A stretch of DNA of 64,000 bases from an uncultured Clostridia bacterium (GCA_947164995.1 CAMUYU010000001.1:23164-87163), one strand, 5' to 3'; counted from the first letter of the stretch, positions 9,843 through 20,269 are shown. Notes: generated by a model from the letters alone, not told the origin. Translations and numbers: made by a program.

Positions 9843-11876
9843 TTATTGATTGTCATTAGAATCTATATTGTATTCAAAATACGTTTCCATTATATCTCTT
9901 ACGGCACGTGCTGTAAAGTACCCATGGCCACCATGCTCAACTATAACAACTACTGCAATTTCAGGATTATCGTATGGGGCGAACCCGACAAACCATGCAT
10001 TGTCAGAACCATTTCCAGAAGTTGCTGTTCCAGTTTTTCCTGCAACTTCTACTGGAAAATTATTAAATGTTCCATAAACAGTTCCACCTCTATCTCCAGT
10101 AACACTTCTCATACCTTCAAAAATTGCATCTAATGTTGTTTTCGATATTTCAACATTTTCTTTCGGTTCAATTGATGCTCCAACTCTTTCTTTCACTTCA
10201 TTTTTTATATTTGTTACATCTAAATTATTTGAAGATGGAGAAGTGACGTTTTTAATAATTGTTAAATCCGTACGCACGCCCTTATTAGCCAAAGTCGAGA
10301 TATAATATGCCATTTGAAGTGGAGTGTATAAATTATATGATTGCCCTATTGCACTAGATAATGTATCACCAATTGTCCACGTTAAATTTGCACCATTTTT
10401 ATTTCGTTCTGCAACATATTCTTTTGAAGAAACTGTTCCCTTCGCTTCACCATAAAGCTCAATACCTGTTTTTTCTCCAAGTCCAAATTTTCTTGCATAT
10501 TTTGCAATCGTGTCAATTCCCATTCTACTTGCTATTTCATAGTAATAATAATTGCAAGAAACTTTAAGTGCGCCCATAGCATCCACATACCCATGTGTTT
10601 GTCTTCTTGAATTCCAAATCCAACAAGCTGGCTTATGCCCTAAATAAAACACGCCTTTATCTTGTATTTTTTCATTAACTCCAACAAAACCTGATTCAAT
10701 TCCAGCAATGCCAGTTATCATTTTATAAGTTGATCCCGGTGGATATAGACCTTGAATTGCTCTATTGTACATAGGTGCATTTTTATCATTAAAATATTTT
10801 TGATACTCATCATTATTAATTCCATCAACAAAATCTTGCGGATTATAATTCGGATAGCTTGCTATAGATAGCACTTCTCCTGTTTTAACATCTAATATAA
10901 CTGCAGCACCTGTCGCTGCATCAGGATATTTCAAGCCATTTATTTTTCCATCATGAATTTGCTGTATTATATCTTTTAAAACTTCTTCCGTTTTTTGTTG
11001 TAAATTAATATCTATTGTTAAATAAATATTATCTCCCATTTTGCTTTTTTCTATTTCTTCTTCGTAGTTAATAATTCCATTTGAGTCCATCTCAAGTCGT
11101 TTAGTTCCACGAATGCCTCTTAAATATTTTTCAAATGAACTTTCAATTCCTGATTTTCCTATAATATCTGTACGCCTATATCCATCTTCTTTTCTTGCTT
11201 CATATTCTGTATCAGAAATCTTACCTGTATACCCAATAATATGACACAAAGTTGTACCATATAAATACTTTCTTGTAGTGTCTTTTGAAATATATATGCC
11301 TGAAAGTTCATGATTGTTTTCCTCTATTTCATGTATACTTTCCAAAGAAATATTGTTAGCAATTGTAGTCGCTCTATAATTTGTATATCCACTATTTGAA
11401 AGCTCATATCTAATTGGAAGAATTCTTATTTTTTCTTCTTCTTGAAAATCCTCTAATTCATATTTTTTAATAAAATAATCTATAACATCATCTATTGTAC
11501 TTTCTTCTTTTATTTTATTATCTTTTTTCCATTTACTTAAATCGTCGCCTTCTAGCTTGAATTCTTTCTTTAATAAATCTATTGGAAAATTATTGTAATA
11601 GTCATCTTTGTTTTTTTCTAATATATTAATAAGCTTTAAAATTAAAACGTTTAATTCTTGATTTGTTTTTTTAGTTTTATATAGTTCAAGATTGTATTCG
11701 ATTTCAGAAGTTACTAAAAGAGTTCCGTTACGGTCATATATCTCTCCTCTTGGCGCATAAGTTGAAACTTCTCTAGTAAGTTTCCTTTCTGACTGTGCTC
11801 TATATTTTTCTCCATTTACAATTTGTAAATCGAACAATCTTCCAAGTAAAACTAGCAAAACCAAACAAACTATCAA
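9843..11876 (-). CDS. mrdA: Penicillin-binding protein 2 (elongasome transpeptidase, PBP2/MrdA); the track start is a TTG
   Basis: An N-terminal TM helix, the PBP dimerisation region, and the transpeptidase motifs STYK (SxxK), SSN-like and KTGTA. It lies downstream of mreBCD. Confidence 0.85.
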   Translation of the reverse strand: MIVCLVLLVLLGRLFDLQIVNGEKYRAQSERKLTREVSTYAPRGEIYDRNGTLLVTSEIEYNLELYKTKKTNQELNVLILKLINILEKNKDDYYNNFPIDLLKKEFKLEGDDLSKWKKDNKIKEESTIDDVIDYFIKKYELEDFQEEEKIRILPIRYELSNSGYTNYRATTIANNISLESIHEIEENNHELSGIYISKDTTRKYLYGTTLCHIIGYTGKISDTEYEARKEDGYRRTDIIGKSGIESSFEKYLRGIRGTKRLEMDSNGIINYEEEIEKSKMGDNIYLTIDINLQQKTEEVLKDIIQQIHDGKINGLKYPDAATGAAVILDVKTGEVLSIASYPNYNPQDFVDGINNDEYQKYFNDKNAPMYNRAIQGLYPPGSTYKMITGIAGIESGFVGVNEKIQDKGVFYLGHKPACWIWNSRRQTHGYVDAMGALKVSCNYYYYEIASRMGIDTIAKYARKFGLGEKTGIELYGEAKGTVSSKEYVAERNKNGANLTWTIGDTLSSAIGQSYNLYTPLQMAYYISTLANKGVRTDLTIIKNVTSPSSNNLDVTNIKNEVKERVGASIEPKENVEISKTTLDAIFEGMRSVTGDRGGTVYGTFNNFPVEVAGKTGTATSGNGSDNAWFVGFAPYDNPEIAVVVIVEHGGHGYFTARAVRDIMETYFEYNIDSNDNQ

Positions 11877-11929
11877 TATTAAAATTAATGTTCTTGATTC
11901 AAAACTTTTAATTTTAATTCACCTCAAAA

Positions 11930-12454
11930 TCAATGCAATAGATAGTAACTATCTCTTGAACGATTAATAATTTCACCCCAATAAATAAGTGGTCTAAAAA
12001 AAATATATGTTAGAAAAATATTATATAATTCTTCTATAATAATTACTTTTAATAAAAATAAAAAATTAAATGGCGTTCCATATAAATAACACGTAAAAAA
12101 GCAAAGTGATAATTCAAACATCAACGTATTAATAACAACCATTAGAGCAAGAGACATTTTATTGTCTTTTGAAATATTGTTTTTTAAATATCCAGATATA
12201 ATACCTACTAAAATATATAGCAGAAAGAAAATTCCAAGAGTTTTTGAAAAAAATGCATCAATTACAATTCCGTAAAAAGCACCTAAAAGGCCACCAATAT
12301 TACTTCCAGCGGTAATCCCTATTGCAGAAATTAGTACAATTCCTATATTTGAAATAATGCCAAAAGCAGGAAGAGTATTTAAAAAATTAATTTGCATTAA
12401 TAAAAATAAAATTGTTATTAACATTGTAATCAAAAACACAACTGGCTTTTTCAC
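11930..12454 (-). CDS. mreD: Rod shape-determining protein MreD
   Basis: A small polytopic membrane protein immediately after mreC. Confidence 0.75.
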   Translation of the reverse strand: MKKPVVFLITMLITILFLLMQINFLNTLPAFGIISNIGIVLISAIGITAGSNIGGLLGAFYGIVIDAFFSKTLGIFFLLYILVGIISGYLKNNISKDNKMSLALMVVINTLMFELSLCFFTCYLYGTPFNFLFLLKVIIIEELYNIFLTYIFFRPLIYWGEIINRSRDSYYLLH

Positions 12455-12474
12455 ATTTACCTCACAAAAATTAT

Positions 12475-13308
12475 TTAGGGCATTTTTATAATTGCCACAC
12501 GCTCTAATTTATTAAAATTGACATACGTTTCTAATATAGCCTCATTTTCTAAAGGATTTTCTTTATTTATAAATTCTATGGTCTTTCCAATTTTAAGTCC
12601 TTTGGGATAAATTCCACCTATACCTGATGTTTCAAAAGTATCCCCACTTTTATATATTGTTTTAAAAGGAATTTCTGAAATTTTGACTTTGTTTTCTTCT
12701 TTTAAAATCAAATCTCCTTTTACAATTACTTGTTCTCTTGTTTCACTGGCAATTGCACTAAAAGAAGAAGACGCATCCAAAATAGAAATAATTTTTGAGC
12801 TCTTCTCTCCCACTTCCGAAACATATCCTACAAGTCCATCTGTTGTTATCACTGGCATATTAGGAGTTATCCCATTTTCTTTTCCCTTATCAATAACATA
12901 TACCTCATCCCAATTATTTGGTGAAACAGCTATAACATCTGCCATAATAACATCATAATCTTTATACAAATCCGTAGCTTTTTCTAAAGCTTTAAATTTT
13001 TCATTTTGTTGAACAACAATATCATAATCAGCAAGCTTTTCTTCTAGTTCTGCAACTCTAGAATTTAAAACTTTATTTTTTTCTTTTAATTTTTCAATAT
13101 CATTTATAATTGTATTGTTGTCATTAAATGCAGAAGAAATAAGTTGAACTACTCTTTGGGGAATTATAATAAAATCTTTTGCAAAATCTTCAGCCCAAGA
13201 AGATGTTCTATTTTTTCCATTTGTAGATGCAATTAGAATAAAGATTATTAGAACCAATATTATTTTTAAAATTCTATTTAAAATCCTTTTTAATTTTGTT
13301 CTTTCCAC
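12475..13308 (-). CDS. mreC: Rod shape-determining protein MreC
   Basis: N-terminal TM helix, a coiled-coil (LKEKNKVLNSRVAELEEKLADYD) and a beta-domain with GLVGYV. It is followed by mreB. Confidence 0.85.
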   Translation of the reverse strand: MERTKLKRILNRILKIILVLIIFILIASTNGKNRTSSWAEDFAKDFIIIPQRVVQLISSAFNDNNTIINDIEKLKEKNKVLNSRVAELEEKLADYDIVVQQNEKFKALEKATDLYKDYDVIMADVIAVSPNNWDEVYVIDKGKENGITPNMPVITTDGLVGYVSEVGEKSSKIISILDASSSFSAIASETREQVIVKGDLILKEENKVKISEIPFKTIYKSGDTFETSGIGGIYPKGLKIGKTIEFINKENPLENEAILETYVNFNKLERVAIIKMP

Positions 13309-13317
13309 TATTATTTC

Positions 13318-14346
13318 TTACTTTCTTTTTGAATTTATTAAAACACTTCTTAGAGAATCTAAATTATCTAGTACTATATCGCATCCCTTAACTACGCAAT
13401 CCAAAGGATTTTCAGCAATATTAACAGGAATACCTGTTTGAAGAGCGATTAATCTATCAAAATTTTTAATTAGTGCACATCCACCAGAAATTGTAATTCC
13501 ATTTACCATTATATCCGAAGCAAGTTCCGTAGGAGTAACTTCTAATGTTGCTTTTATAGCATTAACAATTTGCATTATTACATCTTTCATAGCTTCTTCA
13601 ACTTGAGACGAGTCTAATGTAATTGTTTTTGGAAGCCCTGTTTGAAGATCTCTTCCTTTAATCACCATCTCTTCTACAGTCATCGAAGGACATGCACTTC
13701 CAATATTAAGTTTTACTTCTTCAGCAGATGTTTCACCAAGTAAAACATTAAATTCTTTTTTTACGTATTCAATAATTGCTTCATTTAATTCGTCACCAGC
13801 AATTCTAATTGATTTTCCTGTAACGATTCCGCCAAGTGAAATAACTGCTATTTCCGAAGTTCCTCCACCCATGTCTACAATCATACTTCCAGATGCTTCA
13901 GAAACTTTAAGTCCTGCACCTATTGCTGCGGCCATTGGTTCCTCAATCAAAAATACTTCTCTAGCCCCCGCTTCTAAAACTGCTTCTTCTACTGCACTAC
14001 TTTCAACTTCAGTAACACCTAATGGCACGCCAACAACAACCCTTGGCCTTGCAAATATATATTTTTGACATGCTTTTTCAACAAAATGTTTAAGCATTCT
14101 TTTTGTTGCTGTAAAATCTGCTATAACACCATCTTTTAAAGGCCTTGTAGCTTCCAAATTTTCTGGAGTTCTACCAAGCATTTCTTTTGCAGAATTTCCA
14201 ATAGCGATAATATTTCCTGTGTATTTATCTACTGCAACAACAGAAGGCTCTCTAATAACAACACCTCTACCTTTAACGCTAACTAGGGTGTTGGCAGTGC
14301 CTAAATCTATTCCTAAATCTTTCGCAAAGAAGCCCAATACGTTCAA
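13318..14346 (-). CDS. mreB: Rod shape-determining actin homolog MreB
   Basis: DLGIDLGTANTLV actin-fold phosphate-1 motif and a full-length MreB-like sequence. Confidence 0.95.
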   Translation of the reverse strand: MNVLGFFAKDLGIDLGTANTLVSVKGRGVVIREPSVVAVDKYTGNIIAIGNSAKEMLGRTPENLEATRPLKDGVIADFTATKRMLKHFVEKACQKYIFARPRVVVGVPLGVTEVESSAVEEAVLEAGAREVFLIEEPMAAAIGAGLKVSEASGSMIVDMGGGTSEIAVISLGGIVTGKSIRIAGDELNEAIIEYVKKEFNVLLGETSAEEVKLNIGSACPSMTVEEMVIKGRDLQTGLPKTITLDSSQVEEAMKDVIMQIVNAIKATLEVTPTELASDIMVNGITISGGCALIKNFDRLIALQTGIPVNIAENPLDCVVKGCDIVLDNLDSLRSVLINSKRK

Positions 14347-14417
14347 CTCCTTATAATAAAATACATAAATTGGGGAATTAAAAAAGATGGTTGGATTTGA
14401 AACTAAAGAAAGAATTT

Positions 14418-15062
14418 TTACCGAATAATAATGTGATCGATTAAAGATATATTAAATAAATTACATGCTTCAACTAATTTTTGAGTGAAATCTAAATCTT
14501 CTTTACTAGGACTTGTATCGCCACTAGGATGATTGTGGCAGATGGCAATCGAAGGTGCCCCAAGCTTTACAGGCTCTGACAAAATATCCTTGATTGCCAC
14601 CGCGTTTGAATTAACTGTACCTTTTGAATTGGTTACCACTTTTATCACTCTATTTTTTGAATCTAAAATTGCTGTCTTAACAACCTCTTGTGTCTCATTA
14701 TATAATTCAAGCATAAAAATCTTACTTAGTTTTTCTGGTGTAGTAATTCTCTCTTTAAGATTTGGCGCATCTATTTTAAATCGTTTGGAAAACTCGCAGA
14801 CGGCCTTTAATAAAATAGCTTTTTTAACTCCAATCCCATTTATTTTCATAAGTTCATCTATAGAATATTGTGTTAAAAATGATAAACCAATATTTTCTTT
14901 ATCTTTTGAAAGTAATTCTCTTGATAACTCTAAAACATTTTTGTTTCTTGTGCCTTTATTCAAAATAATTGCAAGAATCTCAGAATCAGAAAGTGCTTCT
15001 GCTCCTTTTGATAATAACTTTTCATAAGGCATATCTTGAACTGGATAATCTTTTAAAATCAT
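14418..15062 (-). CDS. radC: RadC-like JAMM-family protein (UPF0758)
   Basis: HhH region NGIGVKKAILLKAV and the JAMM motif HNHPSGDTSPSKED. Confidence 0.85.
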   Translation of the reverse strand: MILKDYPVQDMPYEKLLSKGAEALSDSEILAIILNKGTRNKNVLELSRELLSKDKENIGLSFLTQYSIDELMKINGIGVKKAILLKAVCEFSKRFKIDAPNLKERITTPEKLSKIFMLELYNETQEVVKTAILDSKNRVIKVVTNSKGTVNSNAVAIKDILSEPVKLGAPSIAICHNHPSGDTSPSKEDLDFTQKLVEACNLFNISLIDHIIIR

Positions 15063-15100
15063 GTTGGCAATCCTTTCTTAAATTGATTGCCCCCTGTCTT

Positions 15101-16357
15101 TTATATAACACCAATTTTTTTGGTGGTTCCTTTTATTTGTACTGTGCAAAAATTTTGCCATACTTCAAATTCATTTGTATTTTGTTTAATAATTTCGCAT
15201 CTAAATTTGCTGTTATTTTGTTTTATAAGTCTCATAATGTCGCCATCATCTAAACTAATTTGCTTTAAAACTTCAGACCTAATTAATGCATTTTTAGTAT
15301 TAAAAATAATTTGTGCATTATCGTCATCAGCTTGGAAATTAGATGCATTTTCAAATATTTCTAGCTCAACTGCTTGTGTTTCATTTAAGTTTTCTTTTTC
15401 ATCTTTTTCAACATGGAAAAAATCTGGATAATTGAAAAATGTTTTTAAACTTAAAGCAATTGCTGGAGCAATTTTAATTTCTCCACTAGAACAATTTGAA
15501 AGTTGCATAATTAATGTGTTTGCATTTTCAAAATCTGGCTCTTTTTCTAAGCCTACCATTTTAGTAATAACTTTATCTTCAGGTTCTTTTTCTACTTTTT
15601 TTATTTTGTGTTCAACTTCATCCCCTAAGCTTTCTTGAACTTTAATAGTTTCTTCACTGTCAATTGCAATATCGATATCTGAATTTAAAAGTTCTTTATA
15701 ATCTACACCCGATTCTTCATCATAAGTAGTAGCCGCATTTTCTTCAGTAGAAGTTGTTTGGTTATATAGTTCGTTAATCGAAGGAATTTTTCTTTCTGTA
15801 ATTCTCGCTAATATTTCACCTGTACTTGCCAAATCCTTTAATTTTTCTTCTGTAAGCACTTCAAATTCATCACTCATAAGTCCACTCTCAAGAGCTGCTT
15901 TTACTTTTCCAAATTCAACTTTTTCCTCTTTTGAATAAGAAATTTCTTCAATTAAAGTGTAATTAGAAGTAATGCCACCTTCAGAAAGTTTGCTACCAGG
16001 AACGTATACATATGAATCTCCCTCTTCAGATTCAAATATAAACATTCTGCTTTCAAACTTTGCTTGATCACCATTAATATGAAATCTAACAGTACATCCT
16101 AAAGATAAAAACTTAAGAAGCATATCTTTTGAAGTATTCTTTTTATCAAGCCCAAAAACACATTCAACAGTAGCACCATTTGCAACTGCTTTTGCAACGC
16201 TGTCATAAATCAAATCTAGAGCGCTATCCTTAGCAAAACCTGCTACTAGCCAAATTTTAGAAAACTTGTTATTTTCTAATTTTTCCTTTAGAACATCTAA
16301 AAAATTTACATCTTTTGGTTGATTTAAAAATTTAACATTCATAATTATTCCTAGCAA
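15101..16357 (-). CDS. Hypothetical protein, 418 aa, with an acidic low-complexity centre
   Basis: A long ORF with no recognised motif. The N-terminal roughly 150 aa looks globular, the middle is D/E-rich, and the C-terminal roughly 120 aa looks globular. It is inserted between radC and dusB. Confidence 0.55.
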   Translation of the reverse strand: MLGIIMNVKFLNQPKDVNFLDVLKEKLENNKFSKIWLVAGFAKDSALDLIYDSVAKAVANGATVECVFGLDKKNTSKDMLLKFLSLGCTVRFHINGDQAKFESRMFIFESEEGDSYVYVPGSKLSEGGITSNYTLIEEISYSKEEKVEFGKVKAALESGLMSDEFEVLTEEKLKDLASTGEILARITERKIPSINELYNQTTSTEENAATTYDEESGVDYKELLNSDIDIAIDSEETIKVQESLGDEVEHKIKKVEKEPEDKVITKMVGLEKEPDFENANTLIMQLSNCSSGEIKIAPAIALSLKTFFNYPDFFHVEKDEKENLNETQAVELEIFENASNFQADDDNAQIIFNTKNALIRSEVLKQISLDDGDIMRLIKQNNSKFRCEIIKQNTNEFEVWQNFCTVQIKGTTKKIGVI

Positions 16358-16423
16358 GAAAAACCTGCTTTGCTCCTTAAATTTATTTAGATTTTAGGAC
16401 ATCTATAAACCATTAATATTTTA

Positions 16424-17401
16424 TCATAAATCTTTTATTTTGTTTATTAATTCTTCAAAATCTTCAATTTTATTTACTTCATTTCTAATTTTGCTACTAT
16501 TTGGAAAACCTTTTATATACCACGCAATTTGCTTTCTCATCTCTAAAAGTGCCGTCCTTTCGCCTTTTGCAGATTTTAGCATATCTAAATGTCTTAAAAT
16601 GGTTGACGTAATTTCGTCTTTTGTGGGTTTTGGCACTATTGTTTCATCTTCTAAATATTTTATTACCTCATCAAAAATCCAAATATTTCCATTAGAAGCT
16701 CTACCTATCATAATTGCGTCGCAACCTGTTTTATCAAACATTTCTTTTGCACTTTTTCCATCTACTATATTTCCGTTTCCGATAACAGGAATTGATACAG
16801 TTTCTTTTACTCTTTTTATTGCTTCATAATCTACTTCGCCTGAAAAAAATTCACTTCTTGTTCGGCCATGGACAGTAATAGCTGAAACACCATTTTTTTC
16901 TGCAATTTTGGCAACTTCTTCTGCAACAAGGTGTTCTCTATCCCAACCTAATCTAATTTTTATTGTGACTGGAACAGTGGAATTTTCTACTACAGCTTTT
17001 GTAATTTTATCTATTAAATCTAAATCTAAAAGAAGCTTTGAACCTTCACCATTTTTTATTACTTTAGGTGCAGGACATCCCATATTAATATCTATAATAT
17101 CAGCTTCTTTAGAAACTTCTCTTGCAATTTCTCCCATTATTTCAGGATTACTTCCAAAGATTTGGACAGCGACTGGTCGTTCTTTTTCATCAATAGCCAT
17201 TATCTTTTTTGTTTTTGTATCATTATAAAACATTCCTTTAGAACTAATCATTTCTGTATATACAAGGCCTGCTCCTTTTTCCTTGCATAAAACACGAAAA
17301 GGCATATCGGAAATTCCAGCCATTGGTGCTAAAAATACATTATTTTTTATATTAACATTTCCAATTTTTATTTCGTGTAAATAATTCATTTTTTCCTCCA
17401 T
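16424..17401 (-). CDS. dusB: tRNA-dihydrouridine synthase (DusB-like)
   Basis: TIM-barrel Dus motifs LAPMAGISDMPFR, ...DINMGCP... and ...ITVHGRTR.... Confidence 0.9.
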   Translation of the reverse strand: MEEKMNYLHEIKIGNVNIKNNVFLAPMAGISDMPFRVLCKEKGAGLVYTEMISSKGMFYNDTKTKKIMAIDEKERPVAVQIFGSNPEIMGEIAREVSKEADIIDINMGCPAPKVIKNGEGSKLLLDLDLIDKITKAVVENSTVPVTIKIRLGWDREHLVAEEVAKIAEKNGVSAITVHGRTRSEFFSGEVDYEAIKRVKETVSIPVIGNGNIVDGKSAKEMFDKTGCDAIMIGRASNGNIWIFDEVIKYLEDETIVPKPTKDEITSTILRHLDMLKSAKGERTALLEMRKQIAWYIKGFPNSSKIRNEVNKIEDFEELINKIKDL

Positions 17402-18507
17402 TAAGATAAATAGGCATGTTTTTTCTTGTGAACAGCAACACTCATTAAAAGACCAATTGCAATCATATTAGTAAGCATTGAACTTCCACCATAGCTTATA
17501 AACGGAAGTGGAATTCCCGTAATTGGTAGAAGCCCCATGCACATTCCAATATTTTCCACAACATGTGAAAAAATCATTGCAAAAATTCCTATGCAAATTA
17601 ATTTTCCAAAAGTATCTTTAGTATTTCTTCCTAAATTAATTATTCTAATTAGCAAAATACCATACAATAAAATTATTGCTGAAGAAATCATAAATCCCAT
17701 TTCCTCACTAATAACAGGGAATATAAAATCTGTAGTTTTCATTGGAAGAAGGCCCATTTGAGTTTGTGTGCCATTAAAAAGTCCTTGTCCCGTAAGCATT
17801 CCAGAACCTATAGCAAGTTCTGATTGAATAATGTTGTAACCTGCACCTCGTGGATCTAAGTTTGGATTTAGAAAAACATCAATTCTATTTTTAGCATGTG
17901 TAGGCAAAACAAAGTTATATAATATAGGAATTGCAACAATAACTAGCACAAATGCTGGAACAATATATTTGTAACTAAGCCCTGCTGAAAAAATCATAAC
18001 TGCAAAAATAAAAATACCAACAATCGCAGTACCATAATCTGGTTGTTTGATAATTAATAAAATTGGTATAGCTAGAATTAACCCGCTTAGCAATAAATTG
18101 TAAATCTTATTTATCCCTTCTTTTTCAGAAGCAAAATCTATAAAACTTGCAATTGAAAGAATTAATACTATTTTAAAAAATTCCGAGGGTTGCAGACTAG
18201 CTGAACCTATCCTAAACCATGATGTTGCACCATTTATTGGTGTTGTTTTTAATACCAAAAGAAGTAATAGCAAGATAAATATATAAGCAGGTGGAATTAA
18301 TTTTTTTAAGTCTTTATAATCAAAAAAAGATAATCCAAAGACAAAAAATAAACCAATAACAAACCACATTATTTGTTTTGTGTATTTTACTTCTACTTCA
18401 CCTGCACCTTGGCTTGCACTCTTTAACGCAACAACACTAATAGCAACAAAAACAAAAACAATTATTAAAATAATATAATCAAGATTTTTAAAAACTTTCT
18501 TTATCAT
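17401..18507 (-). CDS. rodA: SEDS-family peptidoglycan glycosyltransferase RodA/FtsW
   Basis: A 10-TM SEDS protein with conserved ...PDYGTA.... It lies downstream of minDE. Confidence 0.85.
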   Translation of the reverse strand: MIKKVFKNLDYIILIIVFVFVAISVVALKSASQGAGEVEVKYTKQIMWFVIGLFFVFGLSFFDYKDLKKLIPPAYIFILLLLLLVLKTTPINGATSWFRIGSASLQPSEFFKIVLILSIASFIDFASEKEGINKIYNLLLSGLILAIPILLIIKQPDYGTAIVGIFIFAVMIFSAGLSYKYIVPAFVLVIVAIPILYNFVLPTHAKNRIDVFLNPNLDPRGAGYNIIQSELAIGSGMLTGQGLFNGTQTQMGLLPMKTTDFIFPVISEEMGFMISSAIILLYGILLIRIINLGRNTKDTFGKLICIGIFAMIFSHVVENIGMCMGLLPITGIPLPFISYGGSSMLTNMIAIGLLMSVAVHKKKHAYLS

Positions 18508-18551
18508 ATTTCCTTCTTTTTATAAAAAAAAGGGAGATGTTTGTGCTCCCC

Positions 18552-19331
18552 CTAATTTTTTGCTTTCACTTTTGATTTAATTTTTTCAAAACCCTCTTTT
18601 GCTGAACCTTTAACTTTTGTAAAAGTATTTGCAAATCCTTCTTTCACGCCTGTAAGTTTTTCTTTAAACGTAGTCTTTGTGGTTTCAGTAGTTTCAACTA
18701 CTTCTTCAACAATTTCTTCTGTAGTATCTTCTGCATTTTCAGCAATTTCTTCTACAGTTTCTTTTACTTCTTCAGTTACTTCTTTTGCAACTTCTTCAAC
18801 TTTATCGATGTTCTCTTTAACTTCTTCTTTTGTTTCTTCAGTAGATTCTTTTTTATCTACTTTTTCAGCTTTTTTATTTTTCTTATTTGATTTTTTATCT
18901 AATTTTTTCTCAGCAACATCTTTAATTTCTTCTATAATTGTGTCTGCTAACTCCTTTGGATCTGGCTCTTCTTCAGTTGTTGCTTCTTCTTCATTTTCTT
19001 TTTCTTCTACCTGAATTTTTCTTGCAACAGGTTTAATATTTTTTATTGGAATATTTGCATACAATGCAGGACCTGTTCCATCTTCTCCCTCAAAGCCTCT
19101 AGTAAGTTGCACTTCAAGGGTTTCTTCATCAATTTCAATATATTTTTTAATAACCTCAATAATTTCTTTTTTCATCATTTCAAAGAAATCTGGTGAAACA
19201 GAAGCTCTATCTTGCATTAGAACTAACTGTAACCTTTCTTTTGCTTTATCTTTAGATAAACCATCTTTTTGTTTTCTTTGAAAGTTCTTTAAGAAATTTA
19301 CTATAGGTTCAAAAACCTCTTTTAATTCCAT
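18552..19331 (-). CDS. minE: Cell division topological specificity factor MinE with an unusual roughly 150-aa E/K/T-rich C-terminal extension
   Basis: The first roughly 105 aa align to MinE (AKERLQLVLMQDR...EIIEVIKKYIEIDEETLEVQL). The rest is a low-complexity acidic/lysine-rich tail. Confidence 0.75.
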   Translation of the reverse strand: MELKEVFEPIVNFLKNFQRKQKDGLSKDKAKERLQLVLMQDRASVSPDFFEMMKKEIIEVIKKYIEIDEETLEVQLTRGFEGEDGTGPALYANIPIKNIKPVARKIQVEEKENEEEATTEEEPDPKELADTIIEEIKDVAEKKLDKKSNKKNKKAEKVDKKESTEETKEEVKENIDKVEEVAKEVTEEVKETVEEIAENAEDTTEEIVEEVVETTETTKTTFKEKLTGVKEGFANTFTKVKGSAKEGFEKIKSKVKAKN

Positions 19332-19356
19332 TAAATTGCCTCCTTAAATATACAAC

Positions 19357-20169
19357 TTACACTCTTGCTTTTTCTTTATTGCCACCAAACATTTTTTTGA
19401 TTTTCTCGAAAAAGCCTTCTTTCTTTCCTGGAATAGTAACAGGAATGTCTGATCCTAAAATTCTCTTTGCTGTTTCCATGTATGCTTTTCCTGAAAGTGA
19501 TTTAGGATTTGTAACAGATGGTTCACCTTTGTTTGTTTGGATGATAACATTGTCGTCATCTGGGATAGCGCCAATAAGATTGATAGAAAGAAGATCTACT
19601 ATATCTTGTGCGTCCATCATTTGTCCTTCTTTAACCATCTTTGTTCTAATTCTATTTAGTATAAGTTGAGGTTTTGGCAAGTCGCTGGCTTGTAGTAAAC
19701 CTACAATTCTATCTGCATCTCTAACTGCAGAAACTTCTGGAGTAGTAACGACTAAAGCTCTGTCAGCGCCTGCAATAGCATTTTTAAATCCTTGTTCAAT
19801 ACCTGCAGGGCAGTCAATAATAACGTAATCATATTCCATCTTTAATTCTTCACAAATCTTTTTCATTTGTTCTTCATTTACTGCGTTCTTATCACGAGTT
19901 TGAGCTGCTGGCAAAAGATAAAGCCCTTCATATCTTCTGTCTTTAATAAGTGCTTGTTTCAATTTACAGTTTTCTTCAACAACATCAACGATGTCGTAAA
20001 CAATACGGTTTTCTAACCCCATAACAACATCAAGATTTCTAAGTCCGATATCTGTGTCAACGAGTGCAACCTTCTTGTTCATCATAGTAAGTGCTGTGCC
20101 TAAGTTAGCAGCACTAGTAGTTTTTCCAACTCCACCTTTACCAGATGTTATAACAATTACTTCTCCCAT
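19357..20169 (-). CDS. minD: Septum site-determining ATPase MinD
   Basis: Deviant Walker [10 protein letters not shown], and a full-length match to MinD with a C-terminal amphipathic helix. Confidence 0.95.
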   Translation of the reverse strand: MGEVIVITSGKGGVGKTTSAANLGTALTMMNKKVALVDTDIGLRNLDVVMGLENRIVYDIVDVVEENCKLKQALIKDRRYEGLYLLPAAQTRDKNAVNEEQMKKICEELKMEYDYVIIDCPAGIEQGFKNAIAGADRALVVTTPEVSAVRDADRIVGLLQASDLPKPQLILNRIRTKMVKEGQMMDAQDIVDLLSINLIGAIPDDDNVIIQTNKGEPSVTNPKSLSGKAYMETAKRILGSDIPVTIPGKKEGFFEKIKKMFGGNKEKARV

Positions 20170-20269
20170 ATATTTCCCTCACTTTTCAAAAAGAGTAAAT
20201 TATCTATATGAAAAATATTTCTAAAATTCACAACTAAAATAATATAGTTTAGAACTCAAATTGTCAATA

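Noticed and set aside
18679-19014. Plus-strand 111-aa Ser/Thr/Val-rich ORF.
   Set aside because: It is the reverse-complement shadow of the E/K-rich MinE tail codons (GAA/GAG/AAA become TTC/CTC/TTT).
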